Assembly: GCA_051453625.1 (NCBI GenBank)
Contig: JBOZIK010000001.1
Coordinates: 21,703,704-21,767,703 of the forward strand
Source of the DNA: Welwitschia mirabilis
Lineage: Eukaryota
Length of the DNA: 64,000 bases
Direction: 5' to 3'
The stretch's first letter is position 1. Every line of letters begins with the position of its first letter. Position numbers and translations under genes: made by a program. The notes below the pieces were generated by a model. That model had not been told where the DNA came from. It made no database searches and saw only the letters and a list, made by a program, of their open reading frames with translations. This document shows positions 50,501 to 64,000 of the stretch, piece by piece.

Positions 50501-53500
50501 ATCACAAAAAAGCGTTTGAAGCCAAAGTAACTCGCAACTAATGCAGGCTACAGTATAGTATTCAACTTTAGCTCACGATCATCACATGGCTTTTTATTTT
50601 TTAGGCTACCCTCACAAAGTACTATGTTCTAGGAAGGTAATGTGTCTAATGATAGAATTCCATGTGAAAATCCAAGTAACCCAACCTACATCACCATATA
50701 TAAAGAGTTATAAAGATCCATTATCTAATAGAATATTTTTTTTAAGGGATGATTTTATATAATATAAAATGCATATTGTGAGATTAAAATCTGGTTGGCA
50801 ATGTTGCTAATAGATTAACTCATTTTTCTTATTGCATAAGAGATATTTAGTTATATTATAGTGAGATAGATGAGGTTTCTAATGGAGTAATGATATTATG
50901 ATGTATCAACTAATAACTATCAATAGTAAAACTTCAAATGATTATTTCGTTTCATTATAAATTTGACTATATTAGTACAAAGGAAAGTTGTATTTATGAC
51001 AATGTCATGGATATATTTTAACTAGCTAATGTATATTATATCTTTATCTACATAATTTACCATAAAATACTTTAATGTACTAAGATCTTAAATTTGAAAG
51101 GTATCATAAAGGAATAAAAGTAAATCTTGTATGAAAATATTATCATTCCTAGTGATCATAAAATGAACATAAACTAAATGGTCATAAAGCTAAATCCAAT
51201 AACTAAAGTAAATAAGAAACAATTATTAACTTATTGGATTTATTTAATTACTTTGAGGGTTAAAAGAGAGAACAGCAAACTAGTAATAAAAGGCTTGATT
51301 CAAGTCATAAGTTTATTTCATTTTTGAAGGATGGGTTCATATGAAAATTAATTTTTGTTATTGGTAATAGTGTTAATTAACCTAATTAATAAAAGTTAAG
51401 AGTAAATAAAAATATTAAAAAATAACTAAAAATATTTATTACTTAACTAAAAATCCTTTATTATAAGAAGTATCCCTTAAGACTCCATAATGACATGATC
51501 TACTAAGATGATCTAAATAATGCCCATCAAACTAATAACTTATGAACCTAAATTAGTTTTTTAATGTATTATGCTAACATACTACGTTAATGGATTATTT
51601 TCATTTTATAACATATTACATTAATTTCACCTCAATCGTCCTACATGTTTATGATGTATCCTTATATGATTATAACAAACTTTAAGACCTTTAATTCTCC
51701 CATAAGCTTAGAATGTTTTAGTAAACATGACAAAGAATAGCATTCATAAAAATACAATTATTGNNNNNNNNNNNNNNNNNNNNNNNNNNNNNNNNNNNNN
51801 NNNNNNNNNNNNNNNNNNNNNNNNNNNNNNNNNNNNNNNNNNNNNNNNNNNNNNNNNNNNNNNNNNNNNNNNNNNNNNNNNNNNNNNNNNNNNNNNNNNN
51901 NNNNNNNNNNNNNNNNNNNNNNNNNNNNNNNNNNNNNNNNNNNNNNNNNNNNNNNNNNNNNNNNNNNNNNNNNNNNNNNNNNNNNNNNNNNNNNNNNNNN
52001 NNNNNNNNNNNNNNNNNNNNNNNNNNNNNNNNNNNNNNNNNNNNNNNNNNNNNNNNNNNNNNNNNNNNNNNNNNNNNNNNNNNNNNNNNNNNNNNNNNNN
52101 NNNNNNNNNNNNNNNNNNNNNNNNNNNNNNNNNNNNNNNNNNNNNNNNNNNNNNNNNNNNNNNNNNNNNNNNNNNNNNNNNNNNNNNNNNNNNNNNNNNN
52201 NNNNNNNNNNNNNNNNNNNNNNNNNNNNNNNNNNNNNNNNNNNNNNNNNNNNNNNNNNNNNNNNNNNNNNNNNNNNNNNNNNNNNNNNNNNNNNNNNNNN
52301 NNNNNNNNNNNNNNNNNNNNNNNNNNNNNNNNNNNNNNNNNNNNNNNNNNNNNNNNNNNNNNNNNNNNNNNNNNNNNNNNNNNNNNNNNNNNNNNNNNNN
52401 NNNNNNNNNTATATAGAGAGAGAGAGAGAGAGAGAGACTAATGACCTTAATTATCATCTAATCAATCATAAAAAATGAAATTCTCTAAGAGGACATTCTA
52501 TTCAAATTTAGCTGGTCTTTGATCTATTCAAACATGAATCTTGTAAAAGCATTCATTAAAATACTTACAACCTAATACAAACTTAGAACATAGCATACTT
52601 TAATTACTTCATTTTGAAAAGTTTACATATCATGTAAGNNNNNNNNNNNNNNNNNNNNNNNNNNNNNNNNNNNNNNNNNNNNNNNNNNNNNNNNNNNNNN
52701 NNNNNNNNNNNNNNNNNNNNNNNNNNNNNNNNNNNNNNTTTGAAAAGTTTACATATCCTGTAAGCCTTTTTTTAGGCATGCATTATGTGAGTATGTAACA
52801 CTATAATTTTTATCATGTAGAAAAATAATTTCTTATGTGCATTTAAATTATTAATCCTTTTCAAATGACATCCAAATTTTTCTAATAATGTTTGCATTCA
52901 TGAGACTTCTTTTGTCTCTTTTAAATTAGTTACATCTTTTACTTATACAAAAGAATCTATCATTATCATTTATTACTTAGATCTTGATAATATTAAAAAC
53001 TATTTAAAAACATTAGATAAAATTATGTTTATATACACATATGTTATAACTATTATCACTTAGTATAAATCTTTCTTAGGTTCTTTTAATGTAGCTTATT
53101 AATATTTTAATGGCATAATACATATCAGGTTGAGTATTTCTTGTTAGGACTAGTCTTCTTAGAGGTGAGCAGTAAATATAGAAATGTAAAGGAATTTTGC
53201 TTAAATTAAGAATAAATAACTACTATAATTATAATAAAAAATCAATAAAACTAAAAATTTCATACCAAAAAATATGTCAAACAAATTTCCATTTGTTTAT
53301 GTATTACAATAGCTACTCAAAGTACAATTGGAGCTTTCTAGTAGCTCTTATCTTTCTAGTGGTTATTAGTCTAGTATTAATTTATAATAAAACCTTCTTT
53401 TCATACCATGATTAGAGAAATAATTTTTTATATAAAAGTATAATTAAAATTAAGACNNNNNNNNNNTGAGAAAGTGATGTGGATATGAAAAGATGTAAGA

Positions 53501-55169
53501 AGGCTAATCATTTAATGAAACGATAGTAATGAATTTATATGCCATTCATTTTTGTAATTACTTTTTAATTATTTGATAAGTTTGGTATTGAAGGAAAAAG
53601 TTAAAATGTTTGAATTATACTTAACATTCAAAAAAATGGCTAACAAAACCTCCCATAACTATTTGCAATTTTTTCATTTTTATGATGTAAGTAATAAACA
53701 GTTGACCTAATGGAATTAGCTAATTGAATATTTACAGATGAATTGGAGTTCTAATGTAGTTAGCCTCATGTCATATCATATGCAATAATGCTATGGAATT
53801 AACCTACCTAATAGTTTCTAGTTATTTTCCATAGAAAAATATGATATGTTTATATTCTGTTTATCAGTGATTACATGCTCGGTTTTATCCATTATTTACT
53901 TTGTTTCAAATCTACATGCTTATCTATAATAGCTTCTTATTTGTAGTTACATCCTATGCCTTTTTCATTATCATTGTCTAGAGTAACTAAGCTTACAAAC
54001 ATATAATATATAAGAACATCAATTAATTTAATCATAATTTGATTAGTAATTAATTAGTAATTTAAAGATTAACAATATTTCCCTTTAGCATAGTTGACAA
54101 TCAAATTCATAATAGTTAGTATGTAAACTTTTAACTAGAAAATGATTTTCTTTTAATACATATACTAAACAAAGTATCCTGAGGAATACTTGATAAGGTT
54201 TAGTTTATATTACTACAAGAAATTTTAAATAACTATAATACTTTGCATAATTAGGTTTAGTTTCTTAAAGAATAAATATGTCAAATCAGTGATAAGCATA
54301 TTGTAGCTAATTGTATCATCACTATAACCAATGTTCAATAAGAATACTTATTAATCTATTCAATTTGGTACATCCTTATTTAGTCACACATACTTGGGAT
54401 GCATGAAGTGCATATAATACCTACAGGAAATTAATTTTGCATAATGTAAATATCACCATGATATTATAATGTTACAATATCTATCAAAGATAGATGTAAC
54501 TATCACAAACAAGCATGTGTACTTTTCTCCTTTAACTATTAGAAATAAACATGTGTACTCTTCCCCTTTATCATCATACTATTATTTAAATGTCATTTAT
54601 ATGAAAATGAAATACTTATTAATTTATATAAAAATAAAAATCAAATAATTATAACTTCTTAACATTACGAAAATAAAATAATTTAAAACTAAATATCATA
54701 TCTTGACATCATACTCTCCCCATTTTTCATTAGTGATAAAGATTGATGTAAAACTAGTCAAGTATAATATTCAAAGAAAGAATAAAAATATCAAAGGCCA
54801 GATGGACCAATAGTACTCACACATGAACAAAATAAGAAATGTGTCAAAAATTAGAAAAATAAAGAACTAATTATTTTTATTTACTAAGACTATTATAACT
54901 AGTATGTCTCCCCTTAAAGTAAGGAATACATCAAATGCTAGAGAATTCCAAGTGCTAACTAAAGTAAAAGTACTACTATTAGCCTATCTAAAGATGTAGG
55001 TTTTTGAAAAGATTAGATGATATAGAAGTAACTCCTCTAGTTCTTAGTACTATACTTAAGCAACTGATGGATTTTAAAAAAACATATTATGAATATTTTA
55101 AAAATTTGTAAAATAGGTTAAAACTCTAGTTAATTAAAAGTATGATATATTATGCATAATAATTATTAA

Positions 55170-56400
55170 AATAAATTTATAGAGTAATAACATGTATAAA
55201 TTAATATTTAGGCTAAGTATATCAGTCAATTTAGCTTAATAAAGATATTAAATTAATTATTTTATTACAAAAATATGTTTTCTATCATTTTTAATATCAT
55301 TTGTAAACTTATACATTGTCCATGATGATTTTAGACATTATGTTACATTCTAAAGTACATGTTAAAAGATGGAATTATTTTAGCAAAAAAGGTTAGTGTC
55401 ACCACATGGGTCAATAGCATCATAGGTCTTGTAGAGTGGAAAACCTTTAACATTACATTTTGGAGTCATCTTGTGAAGGTGATTGAATTCCATTTATAAG
55501 GTCAGATAATTACAGCATTAAACTTAGGTAAAATGTATGAGTGAAAAAGTGTTAAATTCTTACTTGTAAAACCATAAATAAAAATCTTATTTGAGAAACC
55601 CAAATCCTATTTTCACCTATAAAAAGGATCAAGTTCCCTCATTTGTAATAATATTTTATTGATGTCAACATTGTATTCTTTAGAGCATCAAATTTTTACT
55701 ATGTCTTTGTAAGCTCCCCCTTTGGGAGTGGGCTAGTTTCAAGGCTAGCTTAATGATTCCATATCATTTTTAGTTTTGTTTCTTCAATGTATCATAATTC
55801 TTATTATTTAATAAAATATAAGTAAATCTTTATTCTTAATTCAAAGTTTTAATTAACATTGTACTTTTAATCCTTGAACGAATCTTTATTTTATCAAATA
55901 TTCTTATTTTATGAGGGAGTCTCTTTTTCTCACATTATGATTTACAATTCATTGTGCTTAATGGTATTGGGGCATATTTGTCCTACTTTCCATGCTTACA
56001 TTAGATTGTGAAGGACCAAATGACTATGAGATCTCATCACTACTCATGTGGTGAATGATATTATGTTATCATAATCCAATCCATAAGAACTTGGTAATTT
56101 TAAGGTTTGTTTAGAAATTTGTAATATATTATTAAATCGAAGACTTTATTGTTAGAATACTTAAGTTAGTACTCTAAAGGTAGTTTGCTTCCCTACTTTT
56201 ATTCTTAAAAGACCTTTAATCAGAATTTCAATTTACATTTTTTTATTTTTTTGTATACATTTCAAGTTTAAAGAGGTTTTCTATTATTGCTATCTTACTT
56301 CCACATCAATTTATCCCTTTGAATTAAATGACACTAGGACTTTACTATAATGTAAGTATTAGTTAATTTTTGTAAATTTTATCTTTGAATATAGATACAT
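55170..56400 (+). repeat. Third, more diverged LTR related to the 17275/23043 LTRs
   Basis: Shared blocks tcacctataaaaagg, gctag(t)ttcaaggcta.ct, tactttccatgcttacattag and aatgacac.a.gactttactataatg. Boundaries approximate. Confidence 0.7.
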
Positions 56401-57279
56401 ATACTTTATTGAATTCAGCTTAAAATGCAAGATTAACATTTTGTCAAACATTTAGCAAGAAAATTAGTTATACCAGAAATAGGTTTACAAATCTCAACTT
56501 TAGTGAATTCAAATTAAAAAAAAAAACTTGTATATTTCACTTTTAGAAATAGTCCTCTCAATGTAAAGTTAAAAAATATTTAAAAATACTTAAAGAAGTT
56601 AGTAGAAACTTATCAAACTAGCCAAAACTAATACCTAAGAAAAAATAAATCTATAGGTCAAATGTTAAAGGATCTCAAGAAAGTCCAACATGATGAATCA
56701 ATTTTCTATATTAACTTCATTAGAGATTTAACGACCACCTTAGATACATATATTATAGCTATAGTTGCTCCCAAAGTAATACATAAGAAACCTTCATTTT
56801 CTTACTCCCTTTATGAAATTTGTGAATATAATTTTCATCTGACCAAAAAAATATTCAATGTCATCCACTTGTAAAGAGATGATTTTGAAGAATTTTGTGC
56901 TTTTAACAAAAGGTTTGATATGAATAATAAAAACAGTCAATAGGTTCAACAAAGAAATAATGGGTTACAACCTTCCTTTTAAAACATTTTTTAAAATAGA
57001 TTAAAAAATAAAAACTTCCAATCAATTTCTTTTAACTTTCAAAGTAATTGAGGTGATTTACTTTGTGATTTTATTAAAAAACTTAGGAAAATATAAGATA
57101 CCATCAATAAGAACATTGAAAATTAAACAAAGATTTTAAAAATCTTATAAGGATATTACAATAGACCATGTTATGAAATCAAATATCTTAAGGTACTCTT
57201 ACCGTCTAAAACTACCCTAACATAAATGATGTCAAAAAAGATTGGAAAGTAGTGACTAGAAGTGAAATACATACTTACC

Positions 57280-60200
57280 TGTCATAACCCACATTTTGTA
57301 ATAGAGTTTCTAAACTATGTAATAAATTTTGATATACATTTTAATGAAAATCCCTTTTTATTAAGAATTTATTTGTAGCCCTATAATCAATAATGTATTG
57401 TATGTCAAACATTATAGATACTCATAAGATTACTTAATTATTTAATCTTAGTNNNNNNNNNNNNNNNNNNNNNNNNNNNNNNNNNNNNNNNNNNNNNNNN
57501 NNNNNNNNNNNNNNNNNNNNNNNNNNNNNNNNNNNNNNNNNNNNNNNNNNNNAAAATTTTGGTGGCCAGGGATGAAAAAGGATATAGCAGAATTTGTATC
57601 AAAGTGTCTAAATTGTCAGCAAGTTAAGGCAGAACATAGGAATCCAACAGGACTACTCTATCCTCATAATATTCCAGAATATAAGTGGGATGTAATTTGC
57701 ATGGACTTTGTATTAGGGCTTCCAAGAACCCCAAGAGATAATGACTTAGTTATGGTTATAATTGATAGAGCAACTAAATCAGCACATTTCATTCCAGTGA
57801 AGTCTACTTATAGCACTAAGAATATAGCTAAAGTATATATTCAGAATGTTGCTCGTTTACATGGTGTACCCTTAGTAATTATTTCTGACAGGAACTTAAA
57901 ATTTACCTCTAAATTTTGGCAAGAACTACAATTGGGATTAGGAATTAATCCAAATATGAGCATAGCATTTCATCCTAAAATAGATGGTCAGGTAGAAAAA
58001 GCCAATCAAATCCTAGAGGATCTTCTTAGAGCATATGTTCTTGATGAGCCTAAGAGTTGGGAGGAATACCTACCATTAGGGGAATTAGCATATTATAATA
58101 GTTATCAAAGTTCTATTCAAATAGCTTCATTTAAGAATCCACTACATGAACAAAACCTGAGGAAATATTGACAATAGGACTAGAAATATTACAAGAAATG
58201 TACAGTAAGATGAGAACCATCAAGAATAGATTAAATAAAGCAGCAGATAGGTAAAAGATGTATGCATATCATTAAAGAAGAGACCTTGAATTCCAAGTAG
58301 GAGTTCATGTCTTCCTCAAGGTATCACCAATGAAATAAGATATGTAAGGAGTCAAGAAAACAAAACTAACGCTCAGATTTATTAGACCATTTTAGATATT
58401 GGAATGTATTGGATCTATTACATACAGACTTACTATACCTTCCCAATTATTGCACATTCCTAATGTTTTTTATGTGAATATGCTAAGAAAGTATATTGTA
58501 GATCCTTATCATGTGTTAAATTGGTCTCATATTTAGGTGGAATCCAATTGTTCAACTATAGAGGAGCCGAAAGCAATATTAGACTGACAAACTATCAGTT
58601 TACAGAACAAAGAGATTCATCAAGTAAAGATAAAATGGAGTAATAATATTCTTGATGAAGCTACTTGGGAGCCAGAAGAATCAATGAAAAATAAATATTC
58701 AAGTCTTTTTAAATTACATAATATATAATATTAGACTTTTAAATCATTATTTACTATGATTCTTAGGAGTGATTACTTTATAAGTAGGGGAGTATGTTAT
58801 AACCCACATTTTGTAAGCTTCAATTAATAAAGCTTCTAAATTATGTAATACATTTTAATATCGATTTTAATAAAAATCCCTTTTTATTCTTAGTTAAAAT
58901 TTATGTGTAGCCCTATAATCAATAATATATTATATGTTAAACATTATAGATATTCATAAGGTTACTTAGTTATTTTATCTTAGTTTTGGGTAATTTATTA
59001 TTTTAAGTTATTATAATGATTATAAGAAATAAACCTATTTATGATTAGGTAAGTCATTTTTCATGGTTAAATAGTTAAACTGAAAAAAATCCATATGAAG
59101 ATGTAAAATAATGTCTACAAAAGAAGAGACATGTAACATATTTATTTTAATCATTTGTTCATGTGTTTTATTCAAGTTTTAAAAAAAACTAAAATTACTT
59201 GGTAAAAGTGAAAGAATAAAAAGTAAGAGTACTATATTCAATGATGATAATTTTTCTTACAATCCATTATGACATCTATCTTACATTCAATTATGGCATT
59301 CCTTTCATGTTAATTTTTTTGTTGATATGATGGATCATGAAGAGTGTAAACATGTGAAAACAAGGACATGCACTCTTATCCATAAATTAAAAAGGATAAA
59401 TTAGTAGAATTTATTCTACTATAACTTTTATCCTTATTGATATTTATGGAAATACTTTATGCATAAAATATTATTTTTCTTATTATATCACATAACAATT
59501 TTAAAATTGATGCATTTGTTTTTTCAATGTATTTCAAATATGTTTTTGACTAATTATGATCCTATGAAAAATTAAGAAGGAACTAGCATGAAGAAATGAT
59601 GCATGCAATTAATCTTGTTAACTTAAGAAAGAAGATTACTCACTCAAATTAGGTGCATGAGTTATAAATAAGCTTCCTTTTATCATTCATACATCACTTT
59701 CATCTCTTACATAAGCTCTTACAACTTCTTATTGATTAATCTTATCAATGTCGCTTCTACACAAGCTCATCCAACATGTGATGAATCAATCTTATCATTG
59801 TCATTCACATGTGCAAATCACTTTTATATAAATTCTATCCAACTTGTTATTGATCAATCTTATTAAGTAAGAGAGCTTTCTTTATCTTGTGGGTAAAATG
59901 ATGTATATGGTCTTTAACCAATTATATCAAGGACCTTTGGTATACCATCTATCTATAAATACAGTCCTCTTCCTTCTTCTCAAACTAGTATTTTAAAGTA
60001 ATTTTATACTATCAAATTTTCTTCTCAATCTTTCTTCCTCTTGAGTGTGGAGTTGGAGCTTGGAGCTTGAATCTAGGAGTTTAAATTTTAGAACTTGAAG
60101 CTTGAAACTTGACGATAGGATCTTGGAGCTTAGAAATTCCTCAGTCTTCTTCAAAGATAATAAATCTTCTTTCCTCCAAGTAGGTTCTTCTTTTCTGAGC

Positions 60201-60900
60201 AATTTAGGTTTATTTATTGCATTAGGCTTATGCATATGATTTACATTTTTTTGTCTCATTGGCTAATACTAAGATAAAGAAGAGATTTTAGGGATCTCTT
60301 TATATGCTTAGTTGATGGATTTACCAATGGTTATAAATATATTTTCTTTTCTCCCGTTGGCATAGACTAAGATAAGGGAGATAGTTGAAGGACCTCCTAA
60401 CATGCTTAGCTTCTATATGTCTAATGGATGTTTTGGTCAAGTGACTAGGAGGTTCACTATAATTTTGGGTATCCATGTTATGTTGCATTATGTTATTATT
60501 TAAATGCATTTTACATCATATTTGCATTAGAGTCTTCTTAGGGTGAATGAAGCTGATCCTCAAAAATCTATTTAGGTTAGGCACTCCTTCTCAGAAAAAT
60601 TCTAAGGCTTATGGTATTGATGTATTATTTATTATAAGTTTATAATAATTATAATTTTTTTATTTATTTATAATAAGAATTCATAGTTATTAATTGATTT
60701 TATTTCTATAAACTAGTATGATTTCTCTTGTGCTTAGTTTACTTAAAGTTTACCATTTATTCTTTTTAAGTCAAAAAACTTAAAAAAGTCATAACTCATT
60801 TAATACTAAATAAAATTTTAAGAAATTTTTTAGGTAGGTCTATAATTATGTTAGAAAGTTAAAATCATAAAAATCATAAAATAGTAATTTTTATAGGGCT
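57280..60900 (+). mobile_element. Tekay/Del-like chromovirus: 5' LTR start, gap, integrase, chromodomain, PPT, long 3' LTR
   Basis: 57280-57452 matches 58795-58985 (tgt.ataacccacattttgtaa). PPT aagtaggggagta at 58782-58794. TATA at ~59953. The right end is approximate. Confidence 0.8.
57553..58715 (+). pseudogene. Ty3/gypsy integrase plus chromodomain remnant
   Basis: CLNCQQVKAEH, KWDVICMDFVLGLPRT, IISDRNLKFTSKFW, FHPKIDGQVEKANQILED and QVKIKWSNNILDEATWEPEE. Stops appear after 58171. Confidence 0.93.
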
Positions 60901-60914
60901 AAAATGATTTTTAA

Positions 60915-63900
60915 AGTATATTTTGTAAACATATCTCAGAATTTATAAGCAGAAAATAGCAAGCAATAAGTTTCTCCATAGAATAGATGACTATGAGTGA
61001 ATAGAGCCACTTTTGTATCGTAGCTGTAAATACCGAATTATGTAAAAATATATATTTGATTGGAAAAAATCTAAAATCCTTTATCTTTGTTATGGTGATA
61101 TTTATAGAGGTCATTTTAGTAGATAGAAGATGCTATGAAAATTTTTCATTTTGGTTTTTATTAGTCTACTTTTTTTTAGGATTTTTTTAATTTTACTATA
61201 AGGTGTAATTTTTGTTAATATTATGGTAGCCTTATTCATGTTCAAGAGATGCCACTTATTCCTATTCTTAAATGTAAACCTTTTTATTATTTAGGTATTA
61301 ATTTTATAATCCCTATTCACCCACCTTCTCATGATAAACATTATATTTTAGTGGCAGTAGATTATATTATTAAATGGATTAAAGCTATTCTTACTTCTTT
61401 GAATGATGTCCGAACTGTTTGTCATTTTTTTAAAACTCATATTTTTCAGAAATTTGGTTTTTCTAGGATTATCATTATTGATCAAGGAACTCATTTTATT
61501 AATCAGCATTTTAGAAAGCTTCTTTTATCTATTGGAGTAGGACATTAAGTATCTTATGCTTATCATCCTTAGACTAATGGATAAGCTAAAAATGCAAAGA
61601 GAGACATTAAGAAAATGTTGCAAAAATGTATCTCTATCAATAAGAAATCTTGATCTTCTAAGCTTAATGATGTTCTTTAGGCTTACCGTACTACTTGATA
61701 TAATTCTCTTGGTTTTTCACTTATAAACTTCTATATGAAAAAGTTTGTGTTTTACCTGTTGATGTGTGTTATAACTCTTATCGTGTTTTTTATGAACTTA
61801 ATATTATGGAATTTTATGAAAACCTTAAATATGGATTATCCCAATTAGATCACCTTGATGAAAAATATACTCATGCTATACATTATTAATTAATCCATAG
61901 ATCTTAAGCTAAGTTTAAACATGATAAAACTTTACTTCATTAAAAGTTTAAAGCTACTCAACTTGTCCTATTATATAATACTAGAGTACATATTTTGAAT
62001 AACAAATTAACCTCTAAATGGTTAAGTCCTTATTTTATAGAGAAATTTTATTCTATTCTCTCTATTAAGATTTTTGACTTAGAGACTAAGGAGATTTAGA
62101 AAGTTAATGAATAATGGTTAAAAATATATGAGGGATCTTTCAATGTAATCATGGATATAATAGAAGCACTTCTTTTGGAGGTTCCTGTTAATGAGGAGGA
62201 CTTCCACCCTATCATTCTCTAAATTCTTTATTAGCTTATTCCTTTGGTGGATGTTATGATGTCACTTGATCATCTTTTAGACTTGACTTATATGTTGCTT
62301 TATAAATTTTTTCATGACTAGTATTTATACTTGGGTATTTTATAGTGATAAGATTAGATTCACCCAATCTTGAGATATTTTCATGTCTATGAACTGGATT
62401 TTAAAGGAATATACCATAGTTCTTGTAATTATGTGGGAATTTTCAGGAAAAAAACATAAAGAAAGATTCATGATGTTCTACCATACTATAGTAATTTTTT
62501 TCAAGAGGAATATTTGGCAGTATTGGTAGCTATGGAAACTTTATTAGGGACTAGTTGATTATGCTTTATGACTTCTTACTTCTATAATTTTGGTTGTATT
62601 CCCTTCATCATGGAAAAGTCATAATAAAATTTGATGATATGGGATTAATGGTATTCCTGGTATCATCAGAGGCATTGCTTATTTCCTAGACTTTTAGTAT
62701 TCTTACATGATCATTTCACTTTTGAGGATTTAGGTGTATTTATGAGGTGTGAGTAGGTGAGTTCATTTCTAAGTAGCTTTTGATCTTGTTATTTATTTTT
62801 CTAAGCACTTAAGTTTTGGTATCACCATAATCACTACCTTTTTAAGTAAAACTTTATGGAGTTTATACATTTTGTTATACATTTTTACTCAAGTGGCTTT
62901 ATGATGTCTTCCTTAGAGGTTTACTAAGTTATAATTTAGGATAGATAAACAATTTTTTTCTTATTCCTTGTATTAGTTTTTTTTTCTTTGGTTTTTTAGT
63001 ATGTTATTTTAAAGTCATTTATACATTTTCTCATATTTTTATAGGACCTTATCATTCAGTAGTTTTTTTATTGTTTTCTCATGTAATATTATTTTTAGTT
63101 AGCATTTGAATTAATCAGAACATCTTTTACATTTCACAACTTTTATGAAGTTCCTTATACCTTTTGGAGCTTTATGCTTTATCTTGGTTTACTTTTTAAT
63201 TCAGGCAAATTCACTTAGTTTTCATTATCAAGTTTCAGCCTAGTTAGTTCATTTTCTTTCACCATAGTTTTCTTTTGNNNNNNNNNNNNNNNNNNNNNNN
63301 NNNNNNNNNNNNNNNNNNNNNNNNNNNNNNNNNNNNNNNNNNNNNNTAATAAAATCTGATACTTTGATGATCATATTTAAGTCTAATGTTTTTTGCTGGC
63401 ATCTTTATTTTTCTAGAAATTTTTATGATTATCTTAACATCAGGTGAATGATAGTCTGATTTTTTCTAAGAGTCATCCAAGAGTTGTTATTTGGATAAGA
63501 TAACCAGATGATAGTACAATAAAACCACAGTCCAAACCCTTTTTTCTTATTTTTTTTCATTGTCTTATCATTTCCTTCCATTTATTTAAGAAACGACAAT
63601 TCCTCTAAATCTTGCTAGAACCTTGGATTTTGTTCCACTTGATTTCATGTCCAAATTTTTAAGTTTTTAGTGAATTTTTTAAAATGAGGTATGTTTCTTT
63701 CTCCCTCTTGTTTTTCAATTTTTTTTTGGTATTTTTCATCCTTTTGACATGTAATTTTTACATATGTTTATTAGTTTTTTGTACTCTTTAATTTAAAACG
63801 TATGGATTTAATTTTTATTATGTATTTTCAAAGTTATAATCAGTTGTACATTTTATAAGAAACTTTTAACTTTCTATCCTTTACACTCACTTTCTTACAA

Positions 63901-64000
63901 ACCGTAGATCAAAACGTAGTGATCCTTTAGGAAAAAGTAATTAGTTTGATGTGTTCTACAATTCTATTAGATTATATTTTTTTTATTTGAGCACTTCAAA
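60915..64000 (+). mobile_element. Second copy of the Athila-like family (integrase and downstream spacer)
   Basis: Integrase remnant MPLIPILKCKPF..GINF..YILVAVDYIIKWIKA..IIIDQGTHFIN. The stretch 62020-64000 is colinear with 1833-4420. Confidence 0.88.

Noticed and set aside
52611-52764. Near-identical ~27-bp repeat flanking a 100-N gap
   Set aside because: Probably a contig overlap or collapsed repeat at a scaffold join.
50500-55100. AT-rich stretch with possible further TE remnants
   Set aside because: No motif, termini or internal repeat partner could be supported by eye.

Overview
AT-rich land-plant genomic DNA with N gaps. The heavily deaminated retroelements and long TE-filled intervals resemble a gymnosperm or gnetophyte, but that is inference only. 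Most of the window is old, stop-riddled retrotransposon sequence. It includes two Athila-like Ty3/gypsy copies (1-8.6 kb and 60.9-64 kb) and a nested cluster at 17-35.4 kb, where two insertions have resolvable LTR pairs and 5-bp TSDs (ATATG, AGCAT). There are also Copia, TRIM-like, L1 LINE and Tekay-like remnants. One intact host gene lies on the minus strand (40350-43121, two coding exons, about 573 aa, DUF688-like motif), and there is a candidate orphan terminal exon on the plus strand at 38824. Most notable: the chromovirus at 25795-34720 carries, between its PBS and gag, an antisense TATA-driven intron-containing gene of unknown function next to about 25 copies of a 20-21-nt repeat whose reconstructed core is CGACGTCG. 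An unrelated element at 9.9-12.2 kb shows the same layout with an AGACGTCT array. All alignments were done by eye, so boundaries without a TSD are approximate.
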